Virus record (IMG/VR): IMGVR_UViG_3300002026_000045
Span: 1 to 64,000 of that record
Length of the DNA: 64,000 bases
Direction: 5' to 3' (one strand)
Origin: a virus
The notes beneath the pieces were generated by a model. The model was not told the origin of the DNA and searched no databases. It saw only the letters and a program-made list of their open reading frames with translations. The position numbers and the translations under genes are program-made. Shown piece by piece: positions 40,507 to 50,402 of the stretch (within the stretch, counting starts at the first letter, position 1; each line of letters opens with the position of its first letter).

Positions 40507-41222
40507 TTTTTTACTTCAACTGTCTGTATATGAGCGACCCACCGGATTGTTTTCCCAGTTTCGCCTTTAACCCAAATGCGTAATGCACCAGTTGAAACGT
40601 CAACATCAGCAGTAACGTCCCATAGAGGTGTATCTTCAGTAACTATTGTTTTGTTAAGCTTGCCTATTAGTGCTACACTAGAGACAAATGGTCCACGGTC
40701 AACACCGCCACGCAAATCATACACTGCACCCTCTGATCCTGAGTCTGTGCGTCGTCCAATAATTGATATAGAAAATGAAGTAGTTGAATTGGCTGGTATT
40801 AAAAGCCTAGCCATGCTGCTGTTAAGAAATAATTCAGTAAATGATTGGGTTGTAGTTATATTACGAGCCACATAGCTACCAATTTGCGCATCACCAGAGG
40901 CCGTAAACACTCCAGCACTTTGAACAACTGAGCCTGGCGCATGAGCATACGCTCCGTTTCCTAATGCTATTGCATCTTGTGCCCCAGATACAGGAAGCAC
41001 AGTTGGGTTCCCATTTTCTGCATATAACTTGAGTGCTACCGAACCGCCGCCACTTGTGGGAATAAAAATTGGACGGCCGTGAGGTGTAACACCGTCGCTA
41101 ATTCTTAATTCACCTGTATCTTCGTGATAAAACAATCTCCCCTGGTCACCAACATATTCAGTCGCTGGTTTTTTAACACGGCTACTGAATATTTGATGAG
41201 TTATGTTTGGATCGTTAAACAT
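40503..41222 (-). CDS. Virion protein sharing its C-terminal domain with tail fibre 16287-19388
   Basis: LYAEN...GDAQIGSYVARN.T...ELFL...WDVTADVD..TGAL...VKG....TIRWV. Confidence 0.7.
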   Translation of the reverse strand: MFNDPNITHQIFSSRVKKPATEYVGDQGRLFYHEDTGELRISDGVTPHGRPIFIPTSGGGSVALKLYAENGNPTVLPVSGAQDAIALGNGAYAHAPGSVVQSAGVFTASGDAQIGSYVARNITTTQSFTELFLNSSMARLLIPANSTTSFSISIIGRRTDSGSEGAVYDLRGGVDRGPFVSSVALIGKLNKTIVTEDTPLWDVTADVDVSTGALRIWVKGETGKTIRWVAHIQTVEVKN

Positions 41223-41225
41223 AAA

Positions 41226-41558
41226 TTACTCATCCATCGGACCATCATCAAACATCTCTGACATTGTTAATTGTTTCTTTAACTCGTCTGCTTGTGATGG
41301 ATCAGTGCGTTGAGCTGGGCCACCTTGTTCTTGAGATTGTGACAACGTCTCATCTTTAAGTGGCACCCCAGATAATTTCTTCATCATTTCAATTTTTGCT
41401 TGCAATGGTGGGACAAATACATCATCGCGATCCATCGGATTTTCGTCGTCAGTAGTATTAATTTGCTCAGATTCTGAATTATTTTGAAGTTTAGCGTCAA
41501 TTTTCTGATCAATGAAATCAGACAGGTAACGCAAAAATTCTACTTCCATTAATGCCAT
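41226..41558 (-). CDS. Acidic late hypothetical protein
   Basis: FVPPLQAKIE; late promoter at 41582-41587; AGGAG RBS. Confidence 0.65.
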   Translation of the reverse strand: MALMEVEFLRYLSDFIDQKIDAKLQNNSESEQINTTDDENPMDRDDVFVPPLQAKIEMMKKLSGVPLKDETLSQSQEQGGPAQRTDPSQADELKKQLTMSEMFDDGPMDE

Positions 41559-41602
41559 TTAAATCTCCTAATGCTTTTGTATATTTAGCGCAAATGAAAA
41601 AA

Positions 41603-42070
41603 CTAAACTTTAAACAGATCTTGAGTTTTAAACCAAATAGACTGACTGTACATTTCACCAAGTGGTATTCCAAATTCAGCTAGACGATCTTTGAATTTGT
41701 AAAAATCCCCAGTATGCAACAAAATATTGTCAAGCGGAGCCTCTTGCTGCTCCTTGGTACACGAAATCCATTGGTGCTGATGCGACATTTCGTGTGCCAA
41801 TATAAGTATAAACCATTGTATACAGTATAGAGTGTTAGAGATTTTTATCTTACCAGCCCCGTCATCCAACGCATGAAACCATCCCCATTCATTCATTGTT
41901 CGTAGATTTATTGGTAATGAGGGCAAAGTATTGTCAAATACTGCCTCGTTAAGTAACTGAAAAATTTCAGTTATTTGGTTACGGGTTGGACGGTAATTAC
42001 CTCTCCGTTGCACAGTTTTGCTTGGCAACGGAGTTTGCATTAAGGAGAGTAGGGTAAGTGCTGGCGTCAC
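41603..42070 (-). CDS. SprT-like zinc metalloprotease
   Basis: LNEAVFDNTLP...LAHEMSHQHQW...H...F. Confidence 0.8.
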   Translation of the reverse strand: MTPALTLLSLMQTPLPSKTVQRRGNYRPTRNQITEIFQLLNEAVFDNTLPSLPINLRTMNEWGWFHALDDGAGKIKISNTLYCIQWFILILAHEMSHQHQWISCTKEQQEAPLDNILLHTGDFYKFKDRLAEFGIPLGEMYSQSIWFKTQDLFKV

Positions 42071-42310
42071 TCATTATTTATAGATTCTACGGCCCAATCA
42101 TGTTCCTCGCACATGCCATGTTTCTTTTCAAAAAATACAATAGTGCCCGGTTGAGCAGCACACCCCCAACCTATAGTGTCACAAATTCGACTTTTATAAG
42201 CTGAATTTTTATTCCAAGGATGCCCAACTATTTTAACTTGGTTTTTGCAGTTACAGCAGCAACGCCCTTCACTGTTGCCGTCGCCACTTGCCCAGCCATC
42301 AAAACATTTG

Positions 42311-43087
42311 TCAGAATTTACCACAATCAACCTCGACCAATTCAGCAGTGCCAGCATCAAGGTCAGCCTTTACTCCCATAACATAATCTTTTACTGCCAT
42401 ACGTTCTTCGTCAGTGCCGTAGAACGACAATTCCCACATGATGCCTTCAATTGCTTCTTGAAAAGAATATTCTCTGTCGCAGCTAACAAGCATTTTCAAT
42501 TCGGATATCTCTTTACCTTTGTTCCATTCTTCTTGTATTTCAAACTGTTGGTTAAGTTTAATTGGCAATCCAAGCAAAGACACCAAATCGCTAAAATCAA
42601 GTCCCCATTGAATACGGGTTCCTTTTTTATACATTACCCAGTCGCTGCCGTCTTCTGTTTTATCTTCCTTAAGAATAAACCCTTTTCCATGGAAATCAGG
42701 GCGTCCAAGACCACTAATTGTAGTAACCCCTTCATAAGTGAACAAGTCAGCACCCCAATACAATTCCAAAAATTCAATACCATCAGGATCGTATTCTTGT
42801 GTGAGCTTAATTTCGGTTTGATCAATTTTAGCCCAGCTTTTCAACAGTTGACTCACAAAGCAATTAGTAAATATGATGTCACTTACTTCTTTAGTTTTGT
42901 TCAAAAACAAAAACACGTCATTGAGAGTTACATCGTCATCAAACGAAACTGTTTGATCACGTTTGTGTATCCATTGATAATCAGTGATGTCATGCTGCAC
43001 GTACTGCCCAACACCTGCTTCCTCATCATACACCCAGTCATTGTAAATTACAATGCCACCTTTTTTAAATTCTAACGATGTGCTCAT
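42311..43087 (-). CDS. Hypothetical protein
   Basis: 258 aa ORF within the operon. Confidence 0.65.
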   Translation of the reverse strand: MSTSLEFKKGGIVIYNDWVYDEEAGVGQYVQHDITDYQWIHKRDQTVSFDDDVTLNDVFLFLNKTKEVSDIIFTNCFVSQLLKSWAKIDQTEIKLTQEYDPDGIEFLELYWGADLFTYEGVTTISGLGRPDFHGKGFILKEDKTEDGSDWVMYKKGTRIQWGLDFSDLVSLLGLPIKLNQQFEIQEEWNKGKEISELKMLVSCDREYSFQEAIEGIMWELSFYGTDEERMAVKDYVMGVKADLDAGTAELVEVDCGKF

Positions 43088-43096
43088 TTTGTTCCT

Positions 43097-43645
43097 TTAT
43101 TTTTCTGGAAATTTAACTTGATTATTGATTACTGGGAGACCATAATTGTTCAATGGTACATGCATACCATAATAAGATCCATAGATGCTTGACCGCATTT
43201 CGCCGTTTGTAATTGCTTCTTTAGCACAGTGTATGCATACATAATGCCCATTCCAAGAACCGTGCGTACAAAATCTCATTTGGTCAATTACACCTTCTGA
43301 CATTCTAATACTTTTAAACGAAACTACTTTTTCCTTACATATATCACATGTATTTTTGATGTTATAATTATCTTTGCGCTGAAACCCAATGAAGTCTTTC
43401 TTCTCTTGAATTTTATCAAGACGTTTTACTAAACACGATGGGCATACACATTTGCCATACCCAACTCCAACAGATGGCTTGTTTGTTGTTTTGTCATTCC
43501 AAATATCAAAATATGAAAACGGTAATTTAACACCGCAGTCAATACAACGTGGGGGCGTAATATGATATTTGAAATAATTTGATACGTTATGCCACCTATA
43601 CCTGTACAACCAATTTGGTATGTCAATTGTAAAATTTACTTTCAT
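43097..43645 (-). CDS. Cys-rich putative Zn-binding protein
   Basis: Four CxxC motifs. Confidence 0.6.
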   Translation of the reverse strand: MKVNFTIDIPNWLYRYRWHNVSNYFKYHITPPRCIDCGVKLPFSYFDIWNDKTTNKPSVGVGYGKCVCPSCLVKRLDKIQEKKDFIGFQRKDNYNIKNTCDICKEKVVSFKSIRMSEGVIDQMRFCTHGSWNGHYVCIHCAKEAITNGEMRSSIYGSYYGMHVPLNNYGLPVINNQVKFPEK

Positions 43646-44224
43646 TTATTTCAACCATTTTTGTGTGATGCGCAATGCTCTTAACATTTCTATGCTTCCA
43701 AAGCCAGTGTCTGGATCAACTAACACAATGTTGTCTTCCATGTACCCATGATCTTGATTCCAAAATTTGCTTGTATGGTCCAAACTAATCCCAGAATCTG
43801 GGTCATCTAAAATCATAAATCGTTTGATTTCAGGATGCCTCATAATCCATTCGTGAATTTCTGATGCTCTTGCACAAAATGGTGTATACCCTGAGCTATA
43901 ACAACCGTAAGTATTCCCTGACATAACAATTGTCTTCCAATCCTTATGTAAGGTAAGTGGTAGTCCGTTTTGCTCAAACAAATCGTAAAAACACGATTCT
44001 TTAGAGTAGTATTTTCTCCAAGATGAACTAATTACTACTTCAAAATCTCGTGTCTCGTGCAGCAAAATCCACAAGTGCTTAAACCGCTCACACATGTGCC
44101 AGTACGATAATGATTCACCCATTTCAAAGTCACCAGGGTATGGTTTACGCTGACTTGGATGATATTGAATAACTGCGTCAGGGAAAGCAGGGCCGTCTAA
44201 ATCTAAAAAAATAATGTTTGTCAT
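43646..44224 (-). CDS. HAD-domain protein (Swiss-Army-knife RNA-repair-like)
   Basis: FLDLDG, VVISSSWR, RASEIHEW, ILDD. Confidence 0.8.
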   Translation of the reverse strand: MTNIIFLDLDGPAFPDAVIQYHPSQRKPYPGDFEMGESLSYWHMCERFKHLWILLHETRDFEVVISSSWRKYYSKESCFYDLFEQNGLPLTLHKDWKTIVMSGNTYGCYSSGYTPFCARASEIHEWIMRHPEIKRFMILDDPDSGISLDHTSKFWNQDHGYMEDNIVLVDPDTGFGSIEMLRALRITQKWLK

Positions 44225-44643
44225 ACGTCAAGTATAGCATAAAATTTTGTAAATTCAAAGCCAATTGAGTGAAAACCATGCAGCATCTTTCTCATTTGTA
44301 AATGCTGCATACATTTGGTCTGTCCCGCCTATTTCGTTAAATTCGTCGTTACCGTTATTGTTCCATGTTCGATGAATGTCAGTTCTGTAATGCCTAATAT
44401 CATTATCTTTCATCCATTCGTCTAACGTCGAGTGAAATTTCCGGTAATTTTCATTGAACAATGTTCCGATCTTGCTATCATACGGGCATTTAACAATAAC
44501 AGCATATCCAACATAAAAGTGTTTGATATCATTTGCCCTACGATGTACTCTAGTGTCATACGCCCAATTATACTCTTGCTCAGTCTTGAATCCGCGAATT
44601 TGCCATTCCTTTTTACCTAACAAGCGAAGTATAATTGACAGCA

Positions 44644-45063
44644 TTATGTAGCCAATGCTCCCCACATATCCAATTTTTCTTTTGCTGCTTCAGCGCGAGC
44701 AAACGCTCTGTTTTTCTCTGCACGGGCAGAATCTAAATCACGATTTAAATGCCTTACTTGCGAGTCTAATTTCTCAATATGAGATTGTGTGTCAGCCAAC
44801 AATTGAATTACTGTTCTATTTTCAAGACGTGTAATTTCTTTTTGCATTTCGTCCATTGTTGCTTCATTTTCAGAAAGTTGCATTTCATTAGCGTCTAATC
44901 TTTCTTTAGCAACATCTAAATCGTCACCGAACACTAATCTATATGCCGCAGCATCCGCGGCCATATCTATTAGCCTTGCCACAATGGGATTAGAGTGTAA
45001 GTTGTTTATCCACAAATATTGTATAAATTCAGAATCTGACAATTTGCATTGACTCATTGACAT
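44644..45063 (-). CDS. Coiled-coil hypothetical protein
   Basis: Heptad-rich sequence. Confidence 0.55.
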   Translation of the reverse strand: MSMSQCKLSDSEFIQYLWINNLHSNPIVARLIDMAADAAAYRLVFGDDLDVAKERLDANEMQLSENEATMDEMQKEITRLENRTVIQLLADTQSHIEKLDSQVRHLNRDLDSARAEKNRAFARAEAAKEKLDMWGALAT

Positions 45064-47270
45064 GTTAGCTTCTCCATCGCAAGGTAGCTAGCGTTGCATC
45101 TGCTGGTGATCTAACAAACAAATTAACGTACCTGTGGCTAGTTACTAAGAAAGGAGTTTTGACTGCCCATTTCTTTTTACGCTTTTGGTTGTGCAGACCT
45201 TTTGGAATTGCTGGTCCGATATTGTCAACACACCAAGTGATTACGCGATCACGGCACTGATTGATAGACTCATCGTTCACTCTTACTTCTATTTTAATCA
45301 TTAGTTGCAATCATTTTCTGTTAAAATCTAATTCCGTTGGTTCGCATTGCAGCAAATGTGAGTCAATTGGTGTAGGGTAATCCACTAAGTACACTCTAAG
45401 TCTATACCCAGACAACCCAACATGATCAACTGTATAGATATTTCCGTTGTATTGAACTTGCGTTCCAGGGCGAAATATTTGCATATACATTAGCGGGATC
45501 TTTCTGTCAGTGTTCATCTTTTGCGTACAAATAAAATACAGTTAAGTATTTATTGTATGCTTCTGCAACAGCAGTGCTGATTTCACGAGCCTTAACATGT
45601 TTGTCGTGTTCTTCAACAATGGCTGACAATTGTTGAAGATTTGCGAGCGGCAACTCTGCTGACACAGTTGACGGCTCAGTTACAACGGCATGGTAAGAGC
45701 TCCCATACCCAGTTAAAACAGGCGTTGACTTAGGGTAAGATATATTTACGGAAATAAAGTATTTCCTGCAAAACTTGTCCACTGGTGGTTCAACGAGATG
45801 ACTCATTTAATAATCCTGAAACTCTATTTGCAAAATCAATAACGCCATCCATGTTTTCAGCAATTGCATCATACCCATGCATGTATGCATTATTGTATGC
45901 TTGTTCATAGCAAAGCTTAAACAGATCAGGGCGCAACTCATTATACTCTAACAGCATAGAGTCAAACCATATAGTTGCGGCTGCCATCGCCAAAGATTCT
46001 TGCTCTTGCTTAAATTTTTCTGCTGCTTCTTCTGTAATAGGATCAGCAACTTTTTCAAACATTTTAGAATGAAGTATTGCTTCTTCCTCAGACTCAAATC
46101 TAGTTGCTTGCCCATCTCTGTAAGCATACCATGAATATGATACAGGTGGGGGCTCAGCACACTCGACATAGTTTGCTTTATTGCAAGCTTCTTCCCACGT
46201 AATCATTGACCTGCCCTAACTAACGCAAGTAGAATATCAAACTTCTCTTTTGCATCCTTTAACCCAGGATGATTATTGCAAAGTTCTGTCAGTTTAGCTT
46301 CTTCAACCATTTTTTCTTTAACCCACGCAATAGCAGCACGAGTATCAGCATCAAGTTGAACCATTTGTGATGTGGTGTAATTAGTTGATACCACACCAGT
46401 GTGATCAACTATTTTAACTGCGTTAATACTGCCATCCCACACCATTGTTCCAGACAATGCCGGCAAGGTTGTATAAGTCGCATGCTCCATTCCTGCCCCA
46501 GTGATAATAGTGTTAATCATAGTTTGTTTGATCAATACGAGATGGAGAGAATTCCTGTTTGTAAAAATCTACAAACTCTTGCATTTCTTTAATAATAGTA
46601 ACTACATCATTTTTTGTCAAAAATATTCGATTGCTAATCTTATCATCACCATCTACATTAGCAAAATCAATATATGGCATATTTGTGCATGCCCATTTGA
46701 TTCTAAACTCTCTGTCTTTACTTAGCTTAGTCATCATTATGTTCACACACTACTTCAACTGTGCCGTCAAAAATGTAACCAACTCCGCGCAGCCATTCTT
46801 CAAATCGTGGCAGCAATTCATCCCATGTTTGCTCACCAACAATTGTGTGTTTAATTTCACGACCTGGCCCAAAGTTATCTGTTTCGGTGTCAGTCATAAT
46901 AAATTCGTATTTAATTGTCATTTGTGATCTCCGGTGTATTGCGCAATGCTTCCATAATTCTAACTTCTTCCTCGTATTTTTCTTTGAGTGTTCGAACTAC
47001 AATAAGCGCGTCCCTGGCTACGGTAGCACAAGAATCAGCACGACCATATTCTCCATAAAGCACAATGTCACCCAACGCATTGATTGCGTGGGCGACAGCT
47101 TCTTCAAGTGGGGGGCCTGTATTTTGCTCAGCTTCTTCTTCTGGAGTTTCTTGGTTCATTTTCTCCAAGATATCCTTCATTTTATCTAGCATGTCACTCA
47201 TTTTTTACCTTCCAGTGTAATAAACAATACACAGTATACGTTATATCTAAAGTAACTGCAACTTATTTGA

Positions 47271-47582
47271 TTAAACTTGGATGTTTACTATTGCACTTTG
47301 TTCTTGCTGTTGTTTAATAAAACGCTGCACATCTTTATATATTTGCAAGGATGCTTCAGATGGAATTTGAAGTTCAACTTCATGAGTTACCGAATTTGTG
47401 TACTTCATTACAGTAACCGGAGGGTCTTTACTCATTTCATAAGTTCTATTAATTTGAGCAGGCGACCGATTTATGTCAGGCGACACTTTTTCAACTGCCA
47501 ACGTTGCTGGTGACAGTTTATTGATTATGTGATTAACTAATGTTGCTGCATTTGGTGCAGTAGGTATTTGGTTTAATTGCAT
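47271..47582 (-). CDS. flaG: FlaG-like protein
   Basis: C-terminal VTVMKYTNSVTHEVELQIPSEASLQI...AIVNIQV resembles the FlaG pattern VVKVxDxxTGEVIRQIPxEExL...GLLVDxxV; lies immediately downstream of flagellin. Confidence 0.65.
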   Translation of the reverse strand: MQLNQIPTAPNAATLVNHIINKLSPATLAVEKVSPDINRSPAQINRTYEMSKDPPVTVMKYTNSVTHEVELQIPSEASLQIYKDVQRFIKQQQEQSAIVNIQV

Positions 47583-47601
47583 GTTGCACCTCCATTAAAT
47601 T

Positions 47602-47624
47602 AGTGGCCAGTAATACTGGCCACT
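47602..47624. terminator. Perfect 10 bp hairpin between flagellin and the flaG-like gene
   Basis: agtggccagt-aat-actggccact. Confidence 0.65.
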
Positions 47625-47629
47625 TTTAC

Positions 47630-48451
47630 TTATCTAATTAAACTAAGCAAATATTGTGGGAATTGATTGACAATTCCTAACGTAGACGACATGAGTTGTT
47701 GCCTGCTTTGTAGCAATGACAATTGATTTGACAATTCTGCAACATCAGCGTCCTCAATTGAAGAAATTGAACTCTTTAGTGAGAGCTGAGTTGTAGCAAC
47801 ATTTTCAGCAGTCTTTTTCAATCCTGAAATCTGAGAGCCAATAATTGCCTGGTTTGTTCCAACAGTAGCAGAGGCAGTGTCAAGAGCAGTCATTGCGGCA
47901 GCCGCTTTTGTCGCGTCAGTAAGATCGATTGTGGCAGCATCAATATTCAAAGTAGCGCCGTCTGATTTTGCAGTAGCAATTGTTCTTGTATCACCAGAGT
48001 TGATGCCAGTTTGAATGTCTACGGATGCAGCCGCAGCACCAATTAAATTTTGACCAAACAATTTTGCACTGTTAGCAGTATTGTCTAATTGTTTTTGCAG
48101 TTCAGCAAAAGAACTTTGCAGTGCTGTGCGTTGATCTGCAGATAACAACGATGATGATGCTTGCGTAGCCAAATCCTTCATCTGTGTAATGATAGACTGC
48201 TGGGAGTCTAATGCGCCGTCAGCAACAGACAATAACGATTGTCCTGCACTAATATTCTTAGTTACAGCATTGTAACTTGATTGCTGCATTTTAAGAGATG
48301 ACAAGATAGCCATACCTGCAGGGTCGTCAGATGCAGACAAAATACGCTTGCCAGAACTAATCTGTGCAGATACTTTTTGTAATTGAGTAGCGTTGTCGTT
48401 TAAATTGCGAGCAATAGACGAAGCTAATGTGTTGGAGTTTAGTGATAACAT
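47630..48451 (-). CDS. fliC: Flagellin (short, D0/D1 only)
   Basis: N-term LNSN...RNL...ISSGKRILSASDDPAGMAI; MKDLATQAS; FGQNL; IQTGINSG; C-term SSIEDADVA...NQFPQYLLSLIR. Confidence 0.9.
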   Translation of the reverse strand: MLSLNSNTLASSIARNLNDNATQLQKVSAQISSGKRILSASDDPAGMAILSSLKMQQSSYNAVTKNISAGQSLLSVADGALDSQQSIITQMKDLATQASSSLLSADQRTALQSSFAELQKQLDNTANSAKLFGQNLIGAAAASVDIQTGINSGDTRTIATAKSDGATLNIDAATIDLTDATKAAAAMTALDTASATVGTNQAIIGSQISGLKKTAENVATTQLSLKSSISSIEDADVAELSNQLSLLQSRQQLMSSTLGIVNQFPQYLLSLIR

Positions 48452-48541
48452 GATGGTTCCTTTAATATAAGAAACCGCATAGTTAAATGTGGCGGATTAT
48501 TACATCCTAATTGATAACAGAAGTTACTCTGTTAAAAATAT

Positions 48542-48868
48542 TTATCCTTCTAATGACAATACTGTAGAAATAAAACCAATTTCGTCATTAAAAGTTATTG
48601 GTGACTGATGAATTAACACTTTGGCAGTCGCTACCTTAACGAGCAACTTTGTAAAAAATTTGCTGAATATTGCAAATTCATCTGGTGGCAATGATTCGTT
48701 TAAATTGTCGCATACATACTCTAATACCTCAGCAATGTTGGCTAATGACGACAATCTAACTGCTTTGGAATTGGATGTAGTCTGAGCAATAAGCAAATGC
48801 TTTTTAATTCCAACAAACAATTGATTAGACAATTGTTGTTTGGACATTTGTTCTTGGTACGCAATCAT
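48542..48868 (-). CDS. fliS: FliS-like flagellin export chaperone
   Basis: AYQ..Q...QL...LF.GI...L..A; helical NIAEVLEYVCDNLN, FSKFFTKLLVKVATA, DEIGFISTVL match the FliS helix pattern; adjacent to flagellin. Confidence 0.55.
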   Translation of the reverse strand: MIAYQEQMSKQQLSNQLFVGIKKHLLIAQTTSNSKAVRLSSLANIAEVLEYVCDNLNESLPPDEFAIFSKFFTKLLVKVATAKVLIHQSPITFNDEIGFISTVLSLEG

Positions 48869-49452
48869 AAATTTGCTTCTTCTTCTTGTGTTAAGTAATA
48901 CCCTTTTTCTTCAGCATGGGTATCGCACAACGTTCGTATCCAGCCGCCGCCTCTACTACGACCTACTGCGCCACAAATTTCGCAAGTCACAGATGACATT
49001 GATTCAGCCATTGAGATTAGCCCGTCAGTGAACTCGTTGCCACCGCTAACATAAAACCGCAATGCACCAAATTTCTCTTTGACTTGTGACACTACTACCT
49101 GCTCAACAACTGGTCTAATTTGTGTATCTGGCGCACGTAATAGTAGCTCTTTTTTATATTTCTCTAACGTAGACGGAGGTAATGATAGGTCAGCATAATA
49201 CTCATTAAATGGCCCCCAATCACCTGCTACCGCTGATGCTCTGCGATGCTCTGTTGCAAGATCATATGCGTTAGATTTTACACTTGAGTCAATGTGCCAT
49301 TGAATATTGCTGCATAGCTTGTCAATGATATGATACCAACCATCTTCACAATCAAACCCCCAGCACATACACGTTTCTGTCATGTCTGCATGGCGATTTT
49401 TAAAAAGCAATGGATATTTTGTGCAAAGTTTATTATCTAATTCTGGGCTCAT
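48865..49452 (-). CDS. Conserved hypothetical phage protein
   Basis: CEDGWY.II...QVKEKFGALRFY...CEICG...GWIRTLC. Confidence 0.7.
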   Translation of the reverse strand: MSPELDNKLCTKYPLLFKNRHADMTETCMCWGFDCEDGWYHIIDKLCSNIQWHIDSSVKSNAYDLATEHRRASAVAGDWGPFNEYYADLSLPPSTLEKYKKELLLRAPDTQIRPVVEQVVVSQVKEKFGALRFYVSGGNEFTDGLISMAESMSSVTCEICGAVGRSRGGGWIRTLCDTHAEEKGYYLTQEEEANL

Positions 49453-49756
49453 ATTGTTTACCTGTTATTTACAGTTTAACTAATTGTGCAATAATTTGCA
49501 ACTTATTCGAACTCATCTGGATACACAATAGCAGAGGGTAAGGCAAGTCTGAATAAAATTGCAACATCTGGGTCTTTAATCCAAAACATATACATGTTAC
49601 CGTATGCTTTTGCCCACCATTTCATAGAGGACTTATATGGCCAGGCTGGCGGCGATGACCACAATTTCCCTTTGCCAATATTTTCACGCAACCATCTAGC
49701 GCCTTCCATGTACTGAATTAAACTATGCAGTATAATAGGCGGAATCTTTTTGGTAC

Positions 49757-49996
49757 TCATAAAAATTTCTCATCTGGATCAGCGAACGGGCACTCAAACA
49801 TAAACCCTTGGAACTTATCTCCCCAGCCAGCAGCCGTATGCTTTAAATCTGATTTAGTAGGATAGTGGCGCAAAAGTGACGCGGCACGATGCCTAATATG
49901 TTTAGGCAGTCCAGGCGTCACTTTAGAGTCTGCTAAGTTCTTTAAGAAAATTTCAGTCTCTATAACTGCATTTGATCGTTCAAACGGTAGAGTCAT
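49757..49996 (-). CDS. BPSL0761-like small protein
   Basis: MTLPFERSNAV...FL..L...P..IR..A..LLRHYP. Confidence 0.6.
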   Translation of the reverse strand: MTLPFERSNAVIETEIFLKNLADSKVTPGLPKHIRHRAASLLRHYPTKSDLKHTAAGWGDKFQGFMFECPFADPDEKFL

Positions 49997-50402
49997 ATCC
50001 CCACCCGTTGGCTTTTATTAGCTTAGACTTAACTCTGACATTAGGCTGCCTATGCTTTTTAGTGTCAGTAAATCCCATCATAACGCCAACCTCTGCGACT
50101 GCGCCGCTGCGGCACAACCCTGCGTGACAGTGCACGACGACATTCATGTCTTTTTCTAGTGCATGCTTCAGCAATCTCACAATCTCAACTGCTTGTGCAT
50201 CTTGAATCTTTGTTTCGTCTGGAAATTCACACTCGTTTTCCGCGTCAAGAAATTCAAAGTGATGGACTTCCCTAAACTGGTTGTATGGATTAATTACCCA
50301 CCCTGCTGGGTCGGTAATTTGAATAAGCATGCTATTATCACCAGCGTCTTTGTGACAACCATTGGCAACATCTGCTGCCGCAACATTTTGTATCCAGGCC
50401 AT
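49980..50402 (-). CDS. Protein-tyrosine/dual-specificity phosphatase-like protein
   Basis: VVHCHAGLCRS (CX5R); FLD loop; PN motif. Confidence 0.85.
   Translation of the reverse strand: MAWIQNVAAADVANGCHKDAGDNSMLIQITDPAGWVINPYNQFREVHHFEFLDAENECEFPDETKIQDAQAVEIVRLLKHALEKDMNVVVHCHAGLCRSGAVAEVGVMMGFTDTKKHRQPNVRVKSKLIKANGWGYDSTV

Noticed and set aside
42245-43075. 276 aa plus-strand ORF (similarly 9554-10246 and 61886-62479)
   Set aside because: Fully antisense to well-formed minus-strand genes, with atypical composition
47271-48868. Flagellar genes as evidence that the window is bacterial chromosome or a prophage boundary
   Set aside because: Flanked on both sides by co-oriented phage-type genes, the fliS-like gene overlaps a phage ORF, and there are no other flagellar or housekeeping operons and no integrase
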